Shown here piece after piece: positions 45,266-54,876 of a stretch of 64,000 bases of DNA; within the stretch, counting starts at the first letter, position 1, and each line of letters begins with the position of its first letter. The DNA comes from Candidatus Limnocylindrales bacterium. GTDB lineage: Bacteria > Actinomycetota > Actinomycetes > Mycobacteriales > Micromonosporaceae. The notes under the pieces are model-generated. The model was not told the origin of the DNA. It did not search any database and saw nothing but the letters and a program-made list of their open reading frames with translations. The stretch is from assembly GCA_036377915.1 (NCBI GenBank), contig DASUXL010000186.1:3168-67167 (forward strand), written 5' to 3'. A program made the translations under genes and the position numbers.

Positions 45266-47779
45266 ATGCAGAGGACGACCCCAGCTAGTGACGGGACCGA
45301 GACCGATCGAGCCTTATCGCGGCTTGTCGGTCTCGTCGTCGTTACGGCGCTGCTCGTCCTGGTCACAGCCCTAACCCTGGTGCGCGAGGAGCATTTCGAC
45401 ACCACCCCGCTGTGGAAGATAGCGGTCATCGCGGCCACCTGTGTCATCGCCAGCCTGACTCAGGTCAGCGTGCGACTGCGCTCCACCGTCTTCGGTTTCA
45501 GCTGGGGCGAGGTCTCAGCCTTCATCGCCGTCGTCTTCCTGCCGCCGCCGCTCGCCGTGCCGACCATCTGCGCCGCCGCGGTCATCAACAAGGTGATCCA
45601 GCGCCGCCCACCGATGCGGGTCGCGTTCGCCGCGGGCAAGGAGACGATCAGCGCGGGTGCCGGTGCCCTGGTCATCGCGTTGCTCGGCGCTCCGGCCATC
45701 ACGCATCCGCTGCACCTGCTGCCATACGCGGCCGCGTTCGCCGCCATCGTCGTGACGGACGAGACGATCTCCATTCCCGTGATCGCGCGGGCCACCCGGG
45801 CGCCGCTGAGAGAGCTGTTCCGGCACAACCTCGACATCCGCTGGGGCTTCAACACGCTGCGCTTCTTCGTCGCACTGCTCGCCGTCTTCGTGCTCCAGCA
45901 GGCGCAGATGCCGCTGCTGGTCGCCGTCCCAGCGATCGTGCTGAGCCTGCACCTGACCCACCAGGGCCGCCTGCGGGCAAGGGCCGAGCGCCAGGCCTGG
46001 CAGAAGCTGGCCGAGGCGACCGACGCGTTCAACGCCATCCAGATGGATCACGTGCTGCAGACAGCGGTGCGCAACGGCGCCGCTCTCTTCTCCGTCGACC
46101 AGGTCGAGGTCGAGACCTGGCTGGAGGAGCCGTACCTGCTGATCCGCGGCAACGCCGACGAGATCGTCTACTTTGGACAGCCCGATCGCAAGGGCTACGA
46201 CCCGACCACGACGGCGATCGTGCCGCTCATCGCCGACTCCGACGGCGCACGCATCGGCGAGCTGCGCCTGCGCTTCCGCGCCCCGGTCAACCTCTCCGAG
46301 CGCGAGCACTTCACGCTGCGCGCCTTCGCCGGCGCCCTGTGCACCGCGATCCGCAACGCGGCCTCGTATACGCAGCTGGAGCAGCTGGCCGGCAAGCACG
46401 CGCACGACGCCACCCACGACCCGCTGACCGGCCTGCCCAACCGGCGCATGCTCGCCATCGAGGGCGCCGCCGCGATCGACGCCCGCGAGGGGACGCCGGG
46501 CGTACCGGCGCTGCTCCTGCTGGACCTCAACCACTTCAAGGACATCAACGACGCGCTCGGCCACTCCGCCGGAGACCAGGTGCTGGTCGCGATCGCCCAG
46601 CGGCTCACCGCCGCCGCCGGTCCCGAGGCGCTGGTGACAAGGCTCGGAGGCGACGAGTTCGCGGTGCTCTACCGTTCGCTGCCGGCACCGGCACTCGCCC
46701 TGCACCGCGCGACCGCGCTCATGTCGGTGCTGCGCGAACCGGTCGAGGTCGACGGCATGCCGCTGACCGTATCGGCAAGCGCGGGCGTGGCGATCGCGCC
46801 CAACATCGGCGGCTTCGTCGAGCTGCTGCGCCGCGCCGACATCGCGATGTACCAAGCCAAGCGGACCAACAGCGCGGTGACGGCGTACGAGCCGGAGAGC
46901 GACACCGCCGACCATGCCGGGCTGGTCGTCGGCGGCATGCTCCCGCGGGCCGTCGCCGAGAAGGAGTTCACCCTCGAGTTCCAGCCCATCGTCGACCTGC
47001 TCACCGCCGAGACCATCGCCGCCGAGGCGCTCGCCCGCTGGCACCACCCGGACCGCGGCAAGGTCGACCCGGGCAGCTTCCTCGAGCCGATCGAGCGCTC
47101 CGGACTGCTGACGGCGTTCACCGATGCCGTGCTCGACCAGGCCCTCGACGCCGCCAAGCAGTGGCGCAAGGAGGGCAAGCCGTGGCCGGTCGCGGTGAAC
47201 CTGTCCCCGCGCAGCCTGCTCGACCGGCGCCTGCCCCTGCTCATCGCGGCCCGCCTTGGCGACCACGGGCTCAAGGGCGCCGACCTGATCCTGGAGCTGA
47301 CCGAGTCGCGCAACCTCAGCCAGCTGGACATCGTCGACAAGGTGCTGGCGGAATTGCGTGAACTTGGCTGCACCATCGCCCTCGACGACTTCGGGACAGG
47401 CTTCTCGTCGCTTTCGGTGCTTCCGCGGGTACCCATCCAGGAGCTGAAGATCGACAGGTCCTTCGTCGCGGAGATGGAGCACACCCCGAAGTCCGCCGCG
47501 GTGGTCAAGTCGACCGTCGAGCTTGCCCGCGGGCTCGACCTGCTCGTCGTCGCCGAGGGCGTCGAGCGTGAAAGCCAGCGCAAGATGCTGTGGGAGCTCG
47601 GGTGCACCGCCGGGCAGGGCCACCTGTTCGCCCGGCCCATGCCGTTCGCCGAAATCATGAAGCTGCCGCCGACGCTTGCCGAACCGCTGCACGACCCCGG
47701 ATCGGTGGTGCCGATGACCTCGCAGCGCAGGCCCGGCCGGGTCACCCGCCCTGGCAAGGTGTCAGACTCAAACGCGTGA
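45266..47779 (+). CDS. Membrane-bound diguanylate cyclase/phosphodiesterase (TM, GAF-like, GGDEF, EAL)
   Basis: HDPLTGLPNR, DLNHFK.IND..GH, RLGGDEF, FQP, EAL, DDFGTGFSSL, KIDRSFV, AEGVE; start 45266 (GGAG RBS) or 45233. Confidence 0.92.
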   Translation: MQRTTPASDGTETDRALSRLVGLVVVTALLVLVTALTLVREEHFDTTPLWKIAVIAATCVIASLTQVSVRLRSTVFGFSWGEVSAFIAVVFLPPPLAVPTICAAAVINKVIQRRPPMRVAFAAGKETISAGAGALVIALLGAPAITHPLHLLPYAAAFAAIVVTDETISIPVIARATRAPLRELFRHNLDIRWGFNTLRFFVALLAVFVLQQAQMPLLVAVPAIVLSLHLTHQGRLRARAERQAWQKLAEATDAFNAIQMDHVLQTAVRNGAALFSVDQVEVETWLEEPYLLIRGNADEIVYFGQPDRKGYDPTTTAIVPLIADSDGARIGELRLRFRAPVNLSEREHFTLRAFAGALCTAIRNAASYTQLEQLAGKHAHDATHDPLTGLPNRRMLAIEGAAAIDAREGTPGVPALLLLDLNHFKDINDALGHSAGDQVLVAIAQRLTAAAGPEALVTRLGGDEFAVLYRSLPAPALALHRATALMSVLREPVEVDGMPLTVSASAGVAIAPNIGGFVELLRRADIAMYQAKRTNSAVTAYEPESDTADHAGLVVGGMLPRAVAEKEFTLEFQPIVDLLTAETIAAEALARWHHPDRGKVDPGSFLEPIERSGLLTAFTDAVLDQALDAAKQWRKEGKPWPVAVNLSPRSLLDRRLPLLIAARLGDHGLKGADLILELTESRNLSQLDIVDKVLAELRELGCTIALDDFGTGFSSLSVLPRVPIQELKIDRSFVAEMEHTPKSAAVVKSTVELARGLDLLVVAEGVERESQRKMLWELGCTAGQGHLFARPMPFAEIMKLPPTLAEPLHDPGSVVPMTSQRRPGRVTRPGKVSDSNA

Positions 47780-48951
47780 TCCCACTACTGATCGACTTAG
47801 CGCTCTACGGGCTGTCGGCCGCGTTCGCCGGGATCACCGCGGCCACCTCCAACCTTGGGCCGCACCGCACCTGGGGTTCGATCGCGGTCTGGGGATACCT
47901 GGGCGCCGCCGCGCTGGTGTTCGTGTGGCGGCGGCGCACGCTGCTGACCGTGATCGCGTGGGGCGCGGTCGCCTGGCTGCCGATGATCTGGCTGGCGTGG
48001 GCCGACCGGGCGCAGGAGGAGGTTTTCGTCGTCGAAGGCTCGGCCGGCCGGCTGATCGAGACCGGCACGCCGTACCTCGGCCGCGAGGAGCTTTCCGGCC
48101 TCACCGAGCCGTTGCTGGGCTACACGCCGTACCAGCCGGGCATGTCCGTGTTCGGGCTGCCGCACGCGCTCTTCGGCGACTACTGGTGGACCGACGCCAG
48201 GATCTACTTTGGACTCGTCACGGCCGCGGCGCTCGGCTACGCGGCCTCGCTGCTGCGGCACGACGGGCGGCTCGTGCGGGCGATCCAGGCCGCCACCGTC
48301 CTGCCGGTGTGCGCGCTGACCCTGGCGACGGGCGGCGACGACATCCCGGTGCTGGCGCTGTGCCTGCTCGCGATGGTGCTCGCGGCGCGCGGGCGGCTCG
48401 GGTGGGCGGGTGTCGCGATCGGGGCGGCGGCCGCGATGAAACTTTTCGCCTGGCCGGTCCTGGTGGTTTTGGGGATTTTCGCTTGGCGGCGGACTTTTTG
48501 GGTACCCGCGATATTGATCCCGGTGTTGGCAATGCTTCCCAGCGTCATCCTTGATGCGCGGGCGGTGGTGGAGAACGTCGTCTCGTTCCCGACCGGTCAC
48601 GGGCTTGTCACCAGCCCCGCGGCGTCGCCCCTGATCGGCTATCTGCTGGCGCAGAACGTGCCGAGCGGCAGGACGATCGCCTTGGTGCTGCTGGGTTTGG
48701 CGGCCCTGGCGATCGGGGTCTACGTGCTGGCGCGGCGGCCACGCGACGTCGCCGCGGTCGCCAACATCTGCGCGGTCGGCCTGCTCGTGGCGATCCTGCT
48801 CATCCCGGCGACCCGCTTCGGGTACCTGCTCTATCCCGTGGCGTTCGCGTTCTGGGCGCCGTGCCTAAGAGACCGCACCGGCGATGGCGAGCCCGAGGTA
48901 GGCAGCGCCCAGCCCGGCGGCGATGCTGGCGAACGCGTTGAGCAGGGCTAG
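47776..48951 (+). CDS. GT-C fold (GT87-like) membrane glycosyltransferase
   Basis: Multiple TMs, YTPYQPG, GGDD, AAAMKLFAWP; GTGA-coupled to the upstream gene. Confidence 0.7.
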   Translation: MIPLLIDLALYGLSAAFAGITAATSNLGPHRTWGSIAVWGYLGAAALVFVWRRRTLLTVIAWGAVAWLPMIWLAWADRAQEEVFVVEGSAGRLIETGTPYLGREELSGLTEPLLGYTPYQPGMSVFGLPHALFGDYWWTDARIYFGLVTAAALGYAASLLRHDGRLVRAIQAATVLPVCALTLATGGDDIPVLALCLLAMVLAARGRLGWAGVAIGAAAAMKLFAWPVLVVLGIFAWRRTFWVPAILIPVLAMLPSVILDARAVVENVVSFPTGHGLVTSPAASPLIGYLLAQNVPSGRTIALVLLGLAALAIGVYVLARRPRDVAAVANICAVGLLVAILLIPATRFGYLLYPVAFAFWAPCLRDRTGDGEPEVGSAQPGGDAGERVEQG

Positions 48952-49224
48952 CGGCCGGGCGCCGTGCTGCGCCAGCCGCACCGTCTCGTAGCCGAATGTG
49001 GAGTACGTGGTGAGCGCGCCGCAAAACCCCGTCCCCACAAGGTGAGTGACTGTCTCGTTAATGGACACTCCCACGAGCAGTCCCAGGATGAACGAACCCG
49101 CCACGTTCACGGCGAACGTGCCCCAAGGGAACACCGACCCGTGGCGGGCCTGCACCGCCCGGTCCACCAGGTACCGCACCGGTGCCCCGATCGCCGCCCC
49201 GATCAGTACCGCCAGGATCGTCAT
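48865..49224 (-). CDS. crcB: Fluoride channel FluC/CrcB, copy 2
   Basis: GA..RY, FPWGTFAVN, TGFCGALTTYSTF. Confidence 0.92.
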   Translation of the reverse strand: MTILAVLIGAAIGAPVRYLVDRAVQARHGSVFPWGTFAVNVAGSFILGLLVGVSINETVTHLVGTGFCGALTTYSTFGYETVRLAQHGARPLALLNAFASIAAGLGAAYLGLAIAGAVS

Positions 49225-49634
49225 CGCACGACCCGCTCGGTGGCGGCCATGCCGATCCACACCGCCGCGACGGCGGCGACCAGCGTGCCGGCCAGGTACA
49301 GCAGCGCGATCCCCGGCCGCCCCGCGGCGATCGTCGTCCTGATGTCGAGCGCGTAGGTCGAGAAGGTGGTGAAACCGCCAAGGATTCCCACCCCGGTGAA
49401 CGGCCGCAGCAGCCTCACATCGGCGAACCGGCGCGTGACCAGAACCATGAGCACCCCGATGAGCAGGCAGCCGGAGACGTTGATCGTGAATGTCGACCAC
49501 GGGAACCCGCCCGGATGGAACGGAAACGCGACGCTGATTCCGTAGCGCGTCAGCGCCCCCAGCGCCCCGCCCGCTGAGATCGCGGCGAGCACCGGCAGGT
49601 CCACATCGGAATAAGCCGCTGGATCATCTGTCAC
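49221..49634 (-). CDS. crcB: Fluoride channel FluC/CrcB, copy 1
   Basis: GGALGALTRY, FPWSTFTIN, GILGGFTTFSTY. Confidence 0.92.
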   Translation of the reverse strand: MTDDPAAYSDVDLPVLAAISAGGALGALTRYGISVAFPFHPGGFPWSTFTINVSGCLLIGVLMVLVTRRFADVRLLRPFTGVGILGGFTTFSTYALDIRTTIAAGRPGIALLYLAGTLVAAVAAVWIGMAATERVVR

Positions 49635-49654
49635 CCGGCCATTATCGTTCGGGC

Positions 49655-50020
49655 ATGTCCTGGTCTTGGCGCGTGGTTGTGCTGTGGTGGCTGGTCTGGT
49701 CCGCCGCGGGTGTGGTACTCATCGTCCTGCCCGACTCCGGTCCGCGGCTGCTCACCTTCAGCGGCGCCCACGGTCCGGGCCTCGTCGACGCCATCGGGGT
49801 CGTCCTGCTGCTGGTCGGCAACGCCGCGCTGTGGCGGCACCTGTGGCGGGCAAGGGCGGCCTTCACCCCGCTGCGTCCACTGTGGACATTCCTGGCCGGG
49901 CTCGGCGCGGGCCTGGTGCTCGCCTCCGTCACCGCCGACTTCGGCGCATGGTGGGCCGTCGGCGCCACCCTCCTGCTCGCCGTGCAGGCCGCCCTGTTCC
50001 TTCGCACGACCCGTGCGTGA
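49655..50020 (+). CDS. Small membrane protein, about 4 TM
   Basis: Hydrophobic ORF, no recognised motif. Confidence 0.6.
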   Translation: MSWSWRVVVLWWLVWSAAGVVLIVLPDSGPRLLTFSGAHGPGLVDAIGVVLLLVGNAALWRHLWRARAAFTPLRPLWTFLAGLGAGLVLASVTADFGAWWAVGATLLLAVQAALFLRTTRA

Positions 50021-50072
50021 TGCCCGCGCGCCGCTATGGGCCGCGCTGTCCTTTCGCACGACCCGTGCGTGA
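50001..50072. repeat. Exact 20-bp direct repeat, each copy a mini-hairpin
   Basis: ttcgcacgacccgtgcgtga at 50001-20 and 50053-72. Confidence 0.85.
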
Positions 50073-50085
50073 CGCCGGCCTTTAC

Positions 50086-53000
50086 TCAGCCGATCGCCAT
50101 GTCTACGAAGCGCGAGAGGTGCAGCTGCGCCGCCACCGTGATGGTGTCGGTCGGCCCGTTGCGGTGCTTGGCGATGATGAAGTCCGCCTCCCCCGCCCTC
50201 GGCGACTCCTTGTCGTAGTAGTCATCACGGTGCAGCAATATGACGACGTCGGCATCTTGCTCGATGCTGTTGTGGACCGCGACGCCGTTCGCGATGAAGT
50301 TGTGCTGTCCCAGCACGGTGGCGTCGAAGACGTCCTGCGGGCCGAGTGACTCAATGCCCACCACCTCGTCCCAGAACACGTCGTTGGTGGCGTGCAGTTC
50401 GAGGTCGGCCGAGTCGAGCACGTCAGCGATCCGCGCCAGGCGCTGACGGCTCGAGGGGGACCAGGTTCTGCGGCAGCACGCTATTGAAGCATCGGAGATG
50501 CCCTGTCCGGTCAGGATGGAGCGGACACGGCCCCAAACCTCGCGTGGAACCGTGCCGACATTCGTGTTGACCGCGGTGTCACGCAAGACAGCTTCCAGCG
50601 CCGTGCACCGCTCCTGCCGCTTGCCGTGCACGCCGATCTCGCGAACAAACCGAAGCTGGTCATCCCGCCCAGAGACGTCCAGCGCGTACTCCGGCCGGTG
50701 CCCGTTTGTCTTTACCTCCCGAAGACGCCCTGTGATCCCGAACCTGAGCAGCAACCGGCTGATGTCCTCCAGGAGGCGTCCGCTTGTCGAACTAAAGCAG
50801 ATCCGGCCACTCCGGCCGTTTTCGTCGACCGTGACCGAGCCGTCGGTTGCCCAAAGGTGATGAAGGAAGAGCTTCACCTGCTCCTTCGGCAGCCTGAATA
50901 TTTGGTGCGGCACGAACTTCTCGTGCGACCCGCGCCCGAACAACCCAATGCCGTCAAGCCATGCAGCGATGGGATTCCGACCGCCACGCGCCAGGCTGTC
51001 CGGCGCCGGTAGCCGGAGCGAAGTCACACCAGCCGCCGCATGCTCGTCGCGGATCGCGGTGATACCCCAGTGCTTCGCCGCCCGCGTCACGGCCTCAAGG
51101 TTTTGCTCATCCGCGCTGGCATAGCGAATCGGTTGCCCAGGCACAAACGAGCCATCGCCCAGAAGGTGCGCCAGCATGACGACCTCATCCTCCGGCCAGC
51201 GGCAAGTGGCCAGCGGCGGCGGAACATGTCGGGGCGTGGCCACCCGGGATCCGGTGGCCAGACGAGACAACGGAGTCCACCCGTCGAACGTCAGGAACGG
51301 GTGGTTGCCGGTCGCGGCGATGGTCTTTCCTGAAGCAAGGCGCAGCCGGAACACCTCACGGTTTCCACTCGGAAACACGTGCGTCAGTGTGGAGGCCGTG
51401 TATTGAAGCCGCTCGTTGAGCGCCCAGACCGGAACGTCGCGTGCGCCGGACTCCAGCAACTCGCCAAGGGTGACCTCCGCGTTGGTGTCGGCCCTGAGGA
51501 TGCGACTGTCGGCGGTGAGGCACCCCGACTCACGCAGGTCGGACAGCTGAGGTCGCTTGTCGGTGCGTTGCTCCGGGCCACGGTTTAGCTGGCTTACCGC
51601 GATGACCGGGCACTCCACCTCCTTGGCAAGCAACTTGAGCCCACGCGACAGCTCGGCCACCTCTTGCTGGCGGCTCTCCACCCGCTTGGGCGCGCTCATC
51701 AGCTGGAGATAGTCGACGACGATCAGCTTGAGATCGTGGCGCTGCTTGAGACGGCGCGCCTTGGCCCGGATCTCCATCAAAGTCATGTTGGGCGTGTCGT
51801 CGACGAAGATTGGCGCCTCGGAAATCTCTCCCATGCGCCGCGCGAGCTTGGTCCAGTCGTCGTCGGAGAGCTGGCCGGAGCGCAGCACATGCAGCGGAAC
51901 ACGAGCCTCCGCCGACAGCAGGCGCATCACAATCTCTACTTTGGACATTTCAAGGGAGAAGATGGCACTGGCCAGATTCGCGCGCACCGCGGCGTTGCGA
52001 GCGAAGTCCATCGAGACGGTCGAGTTGTGCGTCGGAATCATCGAGCGGCCGGCCAGGTAAAGGTGGCTCTCGTTGTCCACCTGCACGCACCGCACGGGCA
52101 CGCTGGCCACCGGCCGGACGTCGACGATGAACCGCGACCCGCACCGGGCAAGGCTGACGGTCCGCGACCTTTCCTTGTGCACCAGGCGCTTGCGCTCAAG
52201 CTTGAACACATCGTCCACGGTGCTGAAGGTGATGGTGTAGGCAACGGACGACTCCGCTGATCGTCCCTTGACTTGTTTGCTTGCTACCTGGCACCGGTAC
52301 CCCAGGCTGACGATCAGCTCGTAGACGTCGCCGATAAGTCGCTTGTTTGTCCCCGCGTATTGGACAGCACCGTCACGATGCACCCAGCCGTCCGTATCAA
52401 GCAGACCGGCCAGCAGATCACGGCGCTGGCGCTCAGATGCCCGCAGATACTGGGCCGGAATATGCTTATTGTTGAGTACGCCAAGGTCACGCAGGAGTGC
52501 CGTGACCGATCCCGAACGCTTCCGACACCTCAGGCACAACCTCGGCCCCGGCCCGGCACCGGTGGCGGGGGCACCGCATTGCGCACAGGAAGGATCTCCG
52601 ACCGGCGCCGAGACGAACCGTGCTTTGCCGCCGCAAGAACGACCGCAAGTCCGCACGTTGCTCGCCTTCGGGTGGAAGGCGGCTCCACACACGACACACT
52701 CGCGGGTAGCCGGTGCATCCTCGTCCCTGACCAGCTTCAGGGAATACAGCATCCTGCCGCGGGGAACGACGGCCAGACCCTCAGCCTCGACGTGGCTAGC
52801 AATCTCGGGATCGGCGGAGGTGAACCTGCTGCCGGCGGCGTGCCCGTCGCCCAGCCAGACCCCGAAGGCATAGGGCGGAAGTGGGAGCTGCCTGCCGGGA
52901 AGACTGATGGCGTCAGCGTTGTCGATGCAGTGGTTGAGCCGTCGGTCGGCGGTCGCGCACCTGACCGTCCCGGCAAGCTCGCGCGTCGTCCTCGCCTGTG

Positions 53001-53925
53001 GCGCATCGCCCCGCCTGCGCTCCGATCGCGTCCGCGTCAGCCACGAGTGCGAGGCATCGGCAACGATGACGGTACCGTCGGAGAATTCGACCTCGAAGCA
53101 CGGACGGCCCCGCATCACCTCTGTCGCTGCCACCACCCGAGTCGGGTAGCCGTCCGCCCCGATCAGGTGATCACCCACTGCCACGTCACCCATGGTCGTC
53201 CATCCGGTGGGCGTCGGCAGCGGCGTGTCCAGGGCGAGCGCCTTCCCCAAGCCGGGCCGGCCGGCGACGATGATGAGCTGGCCGGGCTGCAGGCCGTTGA
53301 GGAGGCGGTCGAGGTCGGTGAAGCCGGTGGGCACGCCGGTCATGAGACCGCCCGAGGCGCCGACCGCCTCGATCTCGTCGAGGGTGGGCTGGAGCATGTC
53401 GGCGAGGATCGCGAAGTCCTCGCTCACGCGCCGCTCGGTCACGTCATAGATCGCTTGCTGGGCGAGGTCGACGATGTCGTCGACGTCTCGGCCGGCGCCG
53501 GCGGCGGCGCCGTAACCCAACTGCACGATCTTGGTGCCGGCCTCGACGAGGCGGCGCAGGACGGCCCGCTCGCTGACGATGCGGGCGTAGTAGGAGGCGT
53601 TGGCGGCGGTGGGGACCGTCGAGATGAGAGTGTGCAGATAGGGCGCCCCGCCGACGCGCATCAGCTCGCCCGCGCTCTCGAGGGCGGCGGCGACGGTGAC
53701 CGCGTCGGCCGGCTCACCCCGGCCGTAGAGGTTGAGGATCATGTCGAAGACGGTGGCGTGGGCCGGGCGGTAAAAGTCGTTGACGCGCAATATTTCCACC
53801 ACGTCGGCGATGGCGTCCTTGGACAGCATCATGCCGCCGAGCACGCACTGCTCCGCCGCCACGTCCTGCGGGGGTGTCTTCTCGAACGCGGGCGGAGCCG
53901 TGCCGACCTCCTCGACAGTCATCAC
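50086..53925 (-). CDS. dnaB: Replicative DNA helicase precursor with two inteins (about 455 aa after splicing)
   Basis: AEQCVLG, GRPGLGK|S, FSLEMS, VDYLQLM, SQLNR, DLRESG|SIEQDAD, KHRNGP. Confidence 0.97.
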   Translation of the reverse strand: MMTVEEVGTAPPAFEKTPPQDVAAEQCVLGGMMLSKDAIADVVEILRVNDFYRPAHATVFDMILNLYGRGEPADAVTVAAALESAGELMRVGGAPYLHTLISTVPTAANASYYARIVSERAVLRRLVEAGTKIVQLGYGAAAGAGRDVDDIVDLAQQAIYDVTERRVSEDFAILADMLQPTLDEIEAVGASGGLMTGVPTGFTDLDRLLNGLQPGQLIIVAGRPGLGKALALDTPLPTPTGWTTMGDVAVGDHLIGADGYPTRVVAATEVMRGRPCFEVEFSDGTVIVADASHSWLTRTRSERRRGDAPQARTTRELAGTVRCATADRRLNHCIDNADAISLPGRQLPLPPYAFGVWLGDGHAAGSRFTSADPEIASHVEAEGLAVVPRGRMLYSLKLVRDEDAPATRECVVCGAAFHPKASNVRTCGRSCGGKARFVSAPVGDPSCAQCGAPATGAGPGPRLCLRCRKRSGSVTALLRDLGVLNNKHIPAQYLRASERQRRDLLAGLLDTDGWVHRDGAVQYAGTNKRLIGDVYELIVSLGYRCQVASKQVKGRSAESSVAYTITFSTVDDVFKLERKRLVHKERSRTVSLARCGSRFIVDVRPVASVPVRCVQVDNESHLYLAGRSMIPTHNSTVSMDFARNAAVRANLASAIFSLEMSKVEIVMRLLSAEARVPLHVLRSGQLSDDDWTKLARRMGEISEAPIFVDDTPNMTLMEIRAKARRLKQRHDLKLIVVDYLQLMSAPKRVESRQQEVAELSRGLKLLAKEVECPVIAVSQLNRGPEQRTDKRPQLSDLRESGCLTADSRILRADTNAEVTLGELLESGARDVPVWALNERLQYTASTLTHVFPSGNREVFRLRLASGKTIAATGNHPFLTFDGWTPLSRLATGSRVATPRHVPPPLATCRWPEDEVVMLAHLLGDGSFVPGQPIRYASADEQNLEAVTRAAKHWGITAIRDEHAAAGVTSLRLPAPDSLARGGRNPIAAWLDGIGLFGRGSHEKFVPHQIFRLPKEQVKLFLHHLWATDGSVTVDENGRSGRICFSSTSGRLLEDISRLLLRFGITGRLREVKTNGHRPEYALDVSGRDDQLRFVREIGVHGKRQERCTALEAVLRDTAVNTNVGTVPREVWGRVRSILTGQGISDASIACCRRTWSPSSRQRLARIADVLDSADLELHATNDVFWDEVVGIESLGPQDVFDATVLGQHNFIANGVAVHNSIEQDADVVILLHRDDYYDKESPRAGEADFIIAKHRNGPTDTITVAAQLHLSRFVDMAIG
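50269..51522 (-). mobile_element. DnaB intein 2 (class 1, 418 aa) with LAGLIDADG endonuclease
   Basis: Starts CLTADS after LRESG, ends VAVHN before Ser; TGNHPF block B; LAHLLGDG and LHHLWATDG. Confidence 0.93.
52024..53241 (-). mobile_element. DnaB intein 1 (class 3, Ala-start, 406 aa) in the P-loop, with LAGLIDADG endonuclease
   Basis: Starts ALALDTPL after GK, ends PTHN before Ser; WCT triad (HSW, VRCV, PTHN); GVWLGDG and LAGLLDTDG. Confidence 0.93.
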
Positions 53926-54023
53926 GCCCCCTCTCGATCTCGACCCCGTCCACCACTATCCCGCAGGGGTACGACAACAGAACGATGACGCTACGAGCCG
54001 GTCGTGCCTCGCACAAATTCCTC

Positions 54024-54164
54024 GGTGGACAAGCCTTGGGACAACCTGTGGAGAACCGGCCCGAAGCTGTGGGCAAGCCTGTGCACGGCCTGTGGAAAAC
54101 CTCTGTCCACACCCTGTGGATAACGCTCTGACCTGCATGAATTCAATCCACAGGGTGTGGATAG
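54024..54164. promoter_or_regulatory. Cluster of about 10 DnaA boxes upstream of dnaB
   Basis: GGTGGACAA 54024, TTGGGACAA 54036, TGTGGAGAA 54047, TGTGGGCAA 54068, TGTGCACGG 54080, TGTGGAAAA 54091, CTGTCCACA 54103, TGTGGATAA 54115, CAATCCACA 54144, TGTGGATAG 54156. Confidence 0.88.
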
Positions 54165-54287
54165 AAGATTCTCAGCAGATTTCTTTCATCAGCGGGTGGC
54201 CATTCTCATCGGTTTGGAGGATTGCGCCTGCTGGCGAGTCGCGGAGACGCTCCCACCGTGGAGTATCCGGAGCGGCAACGCCCGTCG

Positions 54288-54764
54288 ATGCCTAATGACT
54301 CCGCGAGCCGTTACGGGCCCGTGGACGACTCCACGTACCAGGGCTTCCACACCTACGCCACGAGCGACCTCTACGACACCAACGGCGGGTCGGAGCGCTG
54401 GCCGGACAACTGGGCCTCGTCGGGCCCGCCCGACTCCCCATCCGATGACGCCGAAGGCGAGGAGCCACCGGCCAAACGCGACTACTGGTCGCCTTTGCTG
54501 TGGACGATGGCCTGGTACGGGGTGCCGGCGGTGGTGCTCGTGCTGCGCGCGCTGCTCCGGCCGACCCGGTCGGAGCAGACCCGATCGGGAGCCATGGGCG
54601 ACCTGATCGTCAACGCCCCGCTGTGGGTCCTGGCGCTCGTGGGCGGGCTGGTCCTCGCGCTCGTGCTGCGGTGGGCGAGCGAGACCTGGCGGGCCGCGAC
54701 GATCGGCTTCTGCGCCGCGGTCGTCTCGGGCGGCGCGGTCACGGTTCTGTATCGAATCTGGTAA
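54288..54764 (+). CDS. Membrane protein, about 3 TM, acidic N-terminus
   Basis: Hydrophobic C-terminal half; start uncertain. Confidence 0.6.
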   Translation: MPNDSASRYGPVDDSTYQGFHTYATSDLYDTNGGSERWPDNWASSGPPDSPSDDAEGEEPPAKRDYWSPLLWTMAWYGVPAVVLVLRALLRPTRSEQTRSGAMGDLIVNAPLWVLALVGGLVLALVLRWASETWRAATIGFCAAVVSGGAVTVLYRIW

Positions 54765-54876
54765 GATTCGCTACTTCGATCACGAGCGTAAAACGCTGTG
54801 GTCACAAGCAATTCCCGTTCGGTCTCAGGACGGCAACGACCGCATCTTCTGTCACCCTTACCGCGTCGCTGAGGTT

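Noticed and set aside
49635-49720. Fluoride riboswitch upstream of crcB
   Set aside because: No GGCGATGG-type motif on the minus strand; only 20 bp separate the divergent genes
50001-50072. Mini-CRISPR interpretation of the palindromic direct repeat
   Set aside because: Only two 20-bp copies, no leader and no cas genes in the window
54024-54200. oriC
   Set aside because: No dnaA/dnaN context and no clear AT-rich unwinding element
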